Below are positions 26,370 to 32,000 of a DNA stretch of 32,000 nucleotides, in pieces; within the stretch, counting starts at the first letter, position 1, and each line of letters begins with the position of its first letter. The notes under the pieces are model-generated. The model was given only the letters and a program-made list of their open reading frames with translations, was not told the origin of the DNA and did not search any database. The stretch is from Acaryochloris thomasi RCC1774 (GTDB lineage Bacteria; Cyanobacteriota; Cyanobacteriia; Thermosynechococcales; Thermosynechococcaceae), in assembly GCF_003231495.1 (NCBI RefSeq), contig NZ_PQWO01000008.1, positions 194,420 through 226,419 of the forward strand, read 5' to 3'. The position numbers and the translations under genes are program-made.

Positions 26370-26630
26370 CTAATTGCGGCGGGGTCTAACCTTTTGTACC
26401 TTTAGCGATTTCCCCATCCACACCGTTCCATCTAGTTCAGCTATAGCCTTTTCTTCCTCCGCATTAGAACTCATGGTCACGTAGGCGCAGTTTCTAGGTT
26501 CTGACTCTTCCTCTTCATCTGCAGGAACACGGATGGTCATGATAGCTGTAGCTGTTCCATATTTAGCGAAGACAGTCTTCAGGTCATCTTGTGTGGCATT
26601 GTGGGGCAGGTTATCGATGAAAAGACTCAT
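26370..26630 (-). CDS. divergent short RRM-type RNA-binding protein (RRM-2)
   Basis: 86-aa ORF. Its C-terminus EEEKAIAELDGTVWMGKSLKVQKVRPR is nearly the same as RRM-1. RNP2 is LFIDNL. The RNP1 position reads RNCAYVTM and is preceded by an acidic insert (ADEEEESE). Confidence 0.8.
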   Translation of the reverse strand: MSLFIDNLPHNATQDDLKTVFAKYGTATAIMTIRVPADEEEESEPRNCAYVTMSSNAEEEKAIAELDGTVWMGKSLKVQKVRPRRN

Positions 26631-26764
26631 GCGAACTTACAAAGGACTTTAGAGAAAAGCATTGGTGGATAAGCCTCAGGTGCCCGTTCAAGCCGCTCTA
26701 TTTCTGGATGATTGAATAGCTCTCGTGGACTGGCCCACCGAAAGTTGATTGTCGATTGGGATGC

Positions 26765-27040
26765 TTAACCCTTCACCCGTTCTTTAAAAGCTTTCCCCGC
26801 GCTAAACCCTGGCACTGTCGTCGCCGGAATCTTCAACACAGCCCCAGTCTTCGGATTACGCCCGTCTCTGGCAGCGCGATCTCTGGGTTCAAAGCTACCG
26901 AATCCCACCAGGGTTATTTTGTCACCACTGGCTACCGCTTCGATGATGGTGTCAGTCGTGGCCGTCAAGATGTCTTCAGCTTGCTTCTTGGTGATGCTGG
27001 TTTTGGTTGCGATCGCATCAACTAATTCACCCTTGTTCAT
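26765..27040 (-). CDS. hup: HU family nucleoid-associated DNA-binding protein (HU-2)
   Basis: 91-aa ORF with 68 of 91 positions identical to HU-1 by manual alignment. Confidence 0.9.
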   Translation of the reverse strand: MNKGELVDAIATKTSITKKQAEDILTATTDTIIEAVASGDKITLVGFGSFEPRDRAARDGRNPKTGAVLKIPATTVPGFSAGKAFKERVKG

Positions 27041-27128
27041 TGGAAGTTCTCACTGATCAATATTGGGAGCATTGTATCGGTATTGGGGAGATTTGCCCTC
27101 TTACGGCTAATTTCCATCAATGCCTTTC

Positions 27129-27953
27129 CTAGGCAGCGTTATACATCTGAGTGAGCCGCTGCATTGCTTGGTGATAAATTTGCCGAGTTCTTTCGCGGGT
27201 AATCCCGAGCCGCTCACTGATGGCTTGGAAAGACTTTGCTTCCCCATCATCAAGCCCGAAGCGCTGGCTAACAATATACTGTTGTCTCTCCTTGAGAATT
27301 CCGAGCATTGCTCGAATCGACTCCTTTGTTGAAGCGATCTCTGCTCTCTCAGCAGGGTTGTCATTCCCCTTGATGAGATCTACCAGTCGGTCCTTCTCGC
27401 GCTTTTTCTCGCCCACCTCCATGTCAAGGGACGCCGGGACTTGCACATGCTGTAGCATTTTCCTGAGTTGTTCAACCGAAAGCTCCATCGCCTCCGCTAG
27501 CTCAGCGCTGGTAGGCGTCCGGCTCAGTTTATTAGATAGCTTTCGCTGTGTCTTCTGGAGTCGATTGTACTGCTCATAGATTTGACTAGGGAGTCGGATC
27601 GTTCTTGATTGCAGCATGACTGCACGGGTCATAGACTGCCGAATCCACCAGTAGGCATAGGTGCTGAACTTGCAGCCTTGGGCCAGATCGTACTTTTCAG
27701 CAGCCGTGTTTAATCCAAAACTGCCCTCCTGAATCAAATCGAGTAGAGGCACCCCACGGTTCTGGTACTTCTTGGCGATCGCCACCACAAGCCTGAGATT
27801 GGCCTGAATCATCTGCTGCTTGGCCTCAGCATCTCCTGCCTGAATTCGTTGAGCTAGTTCTACTTCCTGTTCAGCGGAGAGTAGCGGAATGCGACCAATT
27901 TCTTTGAGATAGAGTCCTAAGCTGTCACTTTCCATCAGATTTCCCTTCCACAC
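27129..27953 (-). CDS. sigma-70 family RNA polymerase sigma factor (short RpoD-like form with regions 1.2-4 and no long N-terminal region)
   Basis: 274-aa ORF (268 aa from MESDS at 27935). It has [21 protein letters not shown] (region 1.2), [38 protein letters not shown] (region 2.4, RpoD-box-like) and [23 protein letters not shown] (region 4.2 HTH). Confidence 0.9.
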   Translation of the reverse strand: MWKGNLMESDSLGLYLKEIGRIPLLSAEQEVELAQRIQAGDAEAKQQMIQANLRLVVAIAKKYQNRGVPLLDLIQEGSFGLNTAAEKYDLAQGCKFSTYAYWWIRQSMTRAVMLQSRTIRLPSQIYEQYNRLQKTQRKLSNKLSRTPTSAELAEAMELSVEQLRKMLQHVQVPASLDMEVGEKKREKDRLVDLIKGNDNPAERAEIASTKESIRAMLGILKERQQYIVSQRFGLDDGEAKSFQAISERLGITRERTRQIYHQAMQRLTQMYNAA

Positions 27954-28035
27954 CCATGCTCATTGATGTAGCGCGTAAGCTTATGCGAGGCAAGGACTGT
28001 AGACAAAACTTATAGTCAGTCACCCTGGCACAAAG

Positions 28036-28539
28036 CTAATCTGGCTTTAAGTAAGCCTCGCATAGCGTGTTCACCATTTGATAAACCTCAGGCTCGAAGA
28101 GCGTTGGATCCTGCCCCTGAAAGATATCGACACACTCTCGTAGGGGGCTGGCATACTCTAGCTTTTGCGCTGGAGACAAGAAGGGTTTGAACAAGGCATA
28201 GAGGGTGACCGCCTCGATCAGCCAGCCTGCAATCCACTCAAAGAGAGCATAGGTATCTTGTTCCTCACTGACATGATGGAACTCGTCGTAAAAACCATTG
28301 AGTACAGCTCCTGTGAGCTTTTGCCTATCTTGTTCCTGATAGGGCCGCAAATAGATCTCTAGCCAATGTCTAAGCTGGTGATGCTGTTCTTTCCATCCGA
28401 TATCAGACGGTAAGTCACTGCCATCGGAGGACCATCCCAAGTTGGCGAGCTTCTGTTCCCAATCTAAGGTGAATATCTCTAGATGCTCTTCAAGCTGCTG
28501 GCTGTTGAGCAGGGAATACTTTCGTCGCTCGGTTGCCAT
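28036..28539 (-). CDS. hypothetical all-helical acidic protein directly upstream of, and co-directional with, the sigma factor
   Basis: 167-aa ORF with protein-like composition, rich in Trp, Glu and Leu. It lies 82 nt upstream of the sigma gene. No family recognised. Confidence 0.55.
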   Translation of the reverse strand: MATERRKYSLLNSQQLEEHLEIFTLDWEQKLANLGWSSDGSDLPSDIGWKEQHHQLRHWLEIYLRPYQEQDRQKLTGAVLNGFYDEFHHVSEEQDTYALFEWIAGWLIEAVTLYALFKPFLSPAQKLEYASPLRECVDIFQGQDPTLFEPEVYQMVNTLCEAYLKPD

Positions 28540-28574
28540 AGAGTGCTTAAGCGATCGCTGCAGTTTCCATTATG

Positions 28575-28608
28575 CCTGAGGAGCAGGGGGTGCTGCGCCT
28601 CAGGTTTT
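28575..28608 (+). terminator. strong hairpin with T4 on the plus strand, with no plus-strand gene upstream
   Basis: CCTGAGG-a-GCAG-ggggtg-CTGC-g-CCTCAGG followed by TTTTGG. It sits in the 60-nt gap between two minus-strand ORFs. Confidence 0.35.
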
Positions 28609-28842
28609 GGCAAGCGGCTTCTCAGCGAGTTGCGATCGCTTCTGTGGTCGTGATGTGTCAACTTGGGTGTAAAAGTCTAGCTTTAGGGGTGAACCGATGA
28701 TGTCCCCTAGCCCTGACAGCTCATACCATCGCAAGGTGTCCCGGTGCTGGGCGTATTTTGCGATCGACATCCCACAGCGGGAGAGGCCGTTTGGTTTGCT
28801 GGGTAAAATTCGGCCACGGAGCTTTTCGGTGGATAGAGGCAT
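28600..28842 (-). CDS. hypothetical protein, possibly a small HTH DNA-binding protein
   Basis: 80-aa ORF. The segment GMSIAKYAQHRDTLRWYELSG loosely resembles excisionase, MerR or terminase-small-subunit type HTH segments (compare ..IAEYAKHRGVSRQTVYRWIKSG..). This is a weak by-eye call. Confidence 0.3.
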   Translation of the reverse strand: MPLSTEKLRGRILPSKPNGLSRCGMSIAKYAQHRDTLRWYELSGLGDIIGSPLKLDFYTQVDTSRPQKRSQLAEKPLAKT

Positions 28843-29026
28843 GATTGACCTCTGTGTACGCTGCTTACTCCCAGCCTAGCTGTGACTGAAATATTTCGCA
28901 GGGTAAACCAACACAAGTGATCAACGTCACGAGATACCTGTGTTTCTGTCACGGTGACTGAGGTTGAACTGTTGGAATATCAGTTTCAGATAACAGTCCA
29001 CTCTAAATAGCAGATGGAGAAAGACT

Positions 29027-29218
29027 ATGACTCTGAAATATCGCGGTACATCCTATGAAGCCTCTAATTCTGTGCGTTCTGGTTCGCTGGACCTCATCGA
29101 GGGCCGGTATCACGGCCTGAGCACTCAGATTTCTCTACCCCTCACCCGAGAAAGTGTTGATGCTTCTGTCAGCCTGATGGTTTATCGTGGTATCCAATTG
29201 GCTACGTGCAAGTCATAG
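29027..29218 (+). CDS. DUF4278 domain-containing protein
   Basis: 63-aa ORF MTLKYRGTSYE...GRYHG...VYRG. The repeated (K/V)YRG motif and the LxYRGxSYE N-terminus are typical of this cyanobacterial family. Confidence 0.65.
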   Translation: MTLKYRGTSYEASNSVRSGSLDLIEGRYHGLSTQISLPLTRESVDASVSLMVYRGIQLATCKS

Positions 29219-29252
29219 CAACTATCCTCCGAAAAAAGTAAACTTTGTTGTC

Positions 29253-29296
29253 CCCTTGTCTGCCCCCCACATAAGTTGACAAGGGAATTTTATTGC
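29253..29296 (+). terminator. Rho-independent terminator after the DUF4278 gene
   Basis: CCCTTGTC-(17-nt loop)-GACAAGGG followed by AATTTTATTGCTTT. Confidence 0.5.
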
Positions 29297-29459
29297 TTTC
29301 GTCAGTATTAAAGCGCTTCCACAAGCATGACTCTAGGCGCAAGCTCAGACTGTCCAATGAAGTTGTAAGATTCTGGGCAGTTAACCTTTTTGATTTCTGT
29401 GGGAAGTAAAGATCTATATAAACTCCCCCACTGCTTCTGCTGTCAATCTTCCACTGTAT

Positions 29460-29918
29460 TTAGTGTTCTTTGAGTAGTTGTCTTAAAGCTACTTCAGCAC
29501 GGGCCATAGTGGCGTTGTGGTTGTTTTCTGTCAGTGCTTTAACCCATGGGAGGCGAGTCAGAAGACTGAACATGGGGTTGCTAACCCCGACATTCCATAT
29601 ATAGGTAACGGCGGTGCCATCATCTTCCTCTACAAGGATCCAGCATCCAGTTCCTTCAAGCTCCCCGCTGGCCTTGAGTTCCATTCTATGCGGTGCATCA
29701 ATAAGGATCGGCATTAAGGTGAAATTAAACGAGTAGGGGAGATCGCCGCGATAGTTGATTTCAAATACTTTCTCACTGCTGACGGGGTGAGTTTTTACCG
29801 TTACACCCCGGAAGTCCTGAATCCATTGATACCAGTGCTCGCTGTCAATAATACGTTCCCATACCTGCTCGATAGGAGCATGAAAAAACCACTGAGTGAC
29901 AAAGCGATACTGTACCAT
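29460..29918 (-). CDS. SRPBCC (START/Bet v1-like, polyketide cyclase/dehydrase-type) family protein
   Basis: 152-aa ORF. The N-terminus FVTQWFFHAPIEQVWERIIDSEHWYQW and the later GTGCWILVEEDDGTAVTY pattern are typical of SRPBCC ligand-binding domain proteins. Confidence 0.75.
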   Translation of the reverse strand: MVQYRFVTQWFFHAPIEQVWERIIDSEHWYQWIQDFRGVTVKTHPVSSEKVFEINYRGDLPYSFNFTLMPILIDAPHRMELKASGELEGTGCWILVEEDDGTAVTYIWNVGVSNPMFSLLTRLPWVKALTENNHNATMARAEVALRQLLKEH

Positions 29919-30160
29919 TCGCGGATCGTATCACCTTGAGCCGAGAAGGATCTAGAACAGCGCGGCTTATGACTAGGCTTGTTGCCGTGAAGGAGGCTCA
30001 AGTTTTAGCTACTCAAATGTAGCATCAGACGAATTGTGGCTTGATGACGGTCATTTGGTGGCTTTAATTTGCCCATACAACAGCTCATTTTCGCCTATAA
30101 AACAGTGCTGTTTGTAATAATGAGAACTGCTCTCGTCTATATGGCTCCCCTCAAAGGTAG

Positions 30161-30514
30161 GACGTTCTTATAGCCAAACTCCGCAAACTTCCCCAGTGCC
30201 TCTCCTGCCAGTACCATGACCAGACCAGTCATATTGTCTGCGCCATTCACCCATCCGGTCCCTCCGGAGATCGTTGTACTGATCATGTTGCGATCGCAGA
30301 AGTTACAGAGAAGGGGTTTTGGGCACCGGAAGGCTGGGCTTTTGATGGTGGGGAGCTGGTGCGGGTGGCCGCCAATGACTTGCTGCAGCATAACGATACC
30401 CATCCGATGCTAACCGGGCACTGTCCCCGGTGTGGGCACGGGTTTGACCTGGGGAATCCGCCCGTGGTGCATTGGGATTGCGGTGAATGTGGATGGAAGG
30501 ATGATAGCGTATGA
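30161..30514 (+). CDS. uncharacterised Cys-rich protein (paralog 2) with an extra C-terminal zinc-ribbon; no canonical start codon, so possibly a pseudogene or frameshifted
   Basis: Absent from the ORF track. The open frame after TAG 30158-30160 reads DVLIAKLRKLPQCLSCQYHDQTSHIVCAIHPSGPSGDRCTDHVAIAEVTEKGFWAPEGWAFDGGELVRVAANDLLQHNDTHPMLTGHCPRCGHGFDLGNPPVVHWDCGECGWKDDSV*. It is clearly homologous to 25833..26078. No ATG, GTG, TTG or CTG precedes the conserved CxxC. The nearest ATG (30141) is in another frame. The stop overlaps the next ATG (ATGA). Confidence 0.5.
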   Translation, partial: DVLIAKLRKLPQCLSCQYHDQTSHIVCAIHPSGPSGDRCTDHVAIAEVTEKGFWAPEGWAFDGGELVRVAANDLLQHNDTHPMLTGHCPRCGHGFDLGNPPVVHWDCGECGWKDDSV

Positions 30515-31317
30515 AAGTTCTGGCAATCACCGTCGCACTGCTTGGCGTTTTTGGAGCTGCAAGCTACGTCCGGGTCGCCCACCACAGAATCAAGATTTTT
30601 GATGTAGTGACGGAGAAACCCATCGAAGGGATCGAGCTTGCGTTCAGTTTCGCAGATCAATGCCATCAAACCGATGAATATAGGCTCGATTATGATTACA
30701 GCACGTGTGAAGGACGATACAAATCCATCGTGAATCGCACTAGCAATAGAGCTGGTGTTGTAGAGTTTTGGACCTTTCCTGGGATATTTCACCCCTCCTA
30801 CTTCCGCTACTATGTCTTCAAGTCTCCTGGGTATATACGGACACGCAGCTATGGTTCCCTTAAGCATCAGAAAGTTTGGCTGGTTCCTGAAGATGCCCCC
30901 TTGCCCACAAAGAAAGCCGCAATTGAGTTCTTGGACAAGGAAGAACCCATTCAAAAGGTAATTGCTTTCTACAAGGGCAAAAAAATGAAAATAGAGTACC
31001 TGTATGCGGAAGAGGAAGCGTGGTACGGCGTGTGGCGGGTAACCATCAATATGCTTTACCCCAGGATAAGGGATGGGCAAAACCCTGAAATCATTGAGGG
31101 TCAATGGACTCACTATCCCAGTACCGTTATCTTGGTTCATCCCGGAACTGGTGAGTATGTCATTTGCAATCCCTGGGAGGATCGGGTGAGTCGTGGCATC
31201 CCTCTAATTGGTCTCAAGGAAGGAGAGGTCAGTGACCTTTTCAACCGTCTTGAGAATACACATGCATACCAGCAGGGGACTGAAGGATGTAGCGCAGCTT
31301 TGTTGCTTTCAGAGTAA
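30511..31317 (+). CDS. hypothetical exported protein (N-terminal signal peptide or anchor)
   Basis: 268-aa ORF beginning MKVLAITVALLGVFGAASYV, with balanced globular composition. It is translationally coupled to the upstream Cys-rich frame. I prefer it over the overlapping minus-strand ORF 30283..31140, which has poor composition. Confidence 0.6.
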   Translation: MKVLAITVALLGVFGAASYVRVAHHRIKIFDVVTEKPIEGIELAFSFADQCHQTDEYRLDYDYSTCEGRYKSIVNRTSNRAGVVEFWTFPGIFHPSYFRYYVFKSPGYIRTRSYGSLKHQKVWLVPEDAPLPTKKAAIEFLDKEEPIQKVIAFYKGKKMKIEYLYAEEEAWYGVWRVTINMLYPRIRDGQNPEIIEGQWTHYPSTVILVHPGTGEYVICNPWEDRVSRGIPLIGLKEGEVSDLFNRLENTHAYQQGTEGCSAALLLSE

Positions 31318-31407
31318 GGCACAGCCATCTCAATCGCGCTCACTGCGGCTTGATAGATGACAGCATTTAGGGGAATGCTGGTAGAGGAGTCACTGTAAGG
31401 GTATCTG

Positions 31408-32000
31408 ATGGTCAAGAACTTAATTCGTAGTCTGACCACTTCTGGCTTCTTGCTGGGTATTTTGCTCCCTAGCTCTGCGATCGCTCAAACCTCAGGCACA
31501 GTTGTTTCTGTGGGTGATGGCGATACAATTCGAGTTCGGAATCCTAGTGGAGAAACCAAGACAATCAGGCTGGCCTGCATTGATTCCGCCGAACTTAAGC
31601 AAGCCCCTCATGGTGAGCAAGCCCGACAGCGCCTGCAGCAGATTATCCCAGTGGGAACTAGCGTAAGTCTGAAGCCTCAGACGACTGACCGCTATGGTCG
31701 TACTGTTGCGGAAGTCTTCAAAGGTACCTTGAACGTGAACTTGGCACTCGTTCAAGAGGGTCGAGCAGTCGCTTACCGGCAGTATCTCGGCCAGTGTGAT
31801 GCTGCAAGATATCTGGCGGTTGAAGATAGCGCTCGACAACGACGGTTAGCCTTCTGGTCTCAGGTTGACCCAATTATGCCGTGGGATTTTCGCAAAGGTA
31901 TTCGAGCAAAGGTACAGCCGAAGCCAACCCTATCTGTTCCCAAAACTGCTACTCCTTCGCGGTCAGGATGCGATCGCTCTTATCCAGATGTTTGCATTCC
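31408..32000 (+). CDS. secreted thermonuclease (staphylococcal nuclease/SNase-like) family protein; 3' end lies beyond the right edge
   Basis: Absent from the ORF track because it has no in-window stop. It reads MVKNLIRSLTTSGFLLGILLPSSAIAQTSGTVVSVGDGDTIRVRNPSGETKTIRLACIDSAELKQAPHGEQARQRL...DRYGRTVAEVF...NLALVQEGRAVAYRQYL...RRLAFWS. These are the SNase motifs (DGDT, IRLxxIDxxE, DRYGR), preceded by a signal peptide. Confidence 0.85.
   Translation, partial: MVKNLIRSLTTSGFLLGILLPSSAIAQTSGTVVSVGDGDTIRVRNPSGETKTIRLACIDSAELKQAPHGEQARQRLQQIIPVGTSVSLKPQTTDRYGRTVAEVFKGTLNVNLALVQEGRAVAYRQYLGQCDAARYLAVEDSARQRRLAFWSQVDPIMPWDFRKGIRAKVQPKPTLSVPKTATPSRSGCDRSYPDVCI

Noticed and set aside
28707-28952. 81-aa minus-strand ORF overlapping 28600..28842 in another frame
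   Set aside because: Its composition is not protein-like (Ser/Cys/Pro/Thr-rich with no hydrophobic core pattern). The alternative frame at least shows an HTH-like segment.
30141-30175. Programmed -1 ribosomal frameshift joining ATG 30141 to the Cys-rich frame
   Set aside because: The shift would have to occur within ACG TTC TTA TAG, after the frame-2 stop at 30158-30160. No X XXY YYZ slippery heptamer or downstream pseudoknot is evident there. An indel or pseudogene is more likely.
30283-31140. 285-aa minus-strand ORF overlapping the 268-aa plus-strand ORF
   Set aside because: Its composition is poor and it has no motifs. It also runs antisense across the clearly homologous Cys-rich paralog frame. 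The plus-strand ORF has a signal peptide and an ATGA coupling to the upstream gene.
1-32000. Search for tRNA, rRNA, tmRNA, RNase P RNA, CRISPR arrays and known defence or TA modules
   Set aside because: No GGTTCGAATCC-type T-arm sequence was found in any intergenic region. There are no regularly spaced direct repeats and no cas-like or known defence-domain motifs in any ORF. The only repeats found are HIP1, the MITE termini and the duplicated module, all reported above.

Overview
This window is a cyanobacterial chromosome segment. I counted at least 25 copies of the HIP1 octamer GCGATCGC, where about 0.5 would be expected by chance. The first ~20.3 kb is densely packed housekeeping DNA. It encodes a tandem-domain histidine phosphatase (cut by the left edge), a CPBP intramembrane protease, a small Mo-nitrogenase-C-domain-like Cys protein, an SDR oxidoreductase, an M48 metalloprotease, an RDD membrane protein, a 3xS1-domain protein, oligopeptidase A, a pentapeptide-repeat protein, the succinate dehydrogenase flavoprotein and ferredoxin-dependent glutamate synthase. 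The last ~11.7 kb looks accessory, with lower coding density, many small ORFs and a MITE. It holds a 254-bp MITE, a truncated GNAT remnant, a zinc-ribbon ORF, uridine kinase, a cyAbrB-type regulator and two paralogous HU + short-RRM gene pairs. It also holds a short sigma-70 factor, a four-gene overlapping-codon operon (two unknowns, an alpha/beta hydrolase, a Cys-rich protein), DUF4278 and SRPBCC proteins. A second copy of the Cys-rich gene is coupled to a signal-peptide protein and is followed by a secreted thermonuclease (cut by the right edge). I found no tRNA, rRNA, CRISPR array or recognisable defence or toxin system. The most unusual signals are: (1) a ~185-190-nt non-coding module present twice next to the HU/RRM pairs, bracketed by opposed intrinsic terminators; (2) the clustered HU, RRM, sigma and AbrB regulatory island; (3) an uncharacterised Cys-rich paralog pair translationally coupled to different partners, one copy lacking any canonical start codon; (4) a stand-alone structured region with its own terminator downstream of sdhA (candidate sRNA). 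All functional calls come from motif recognition by eye. No database search was run.
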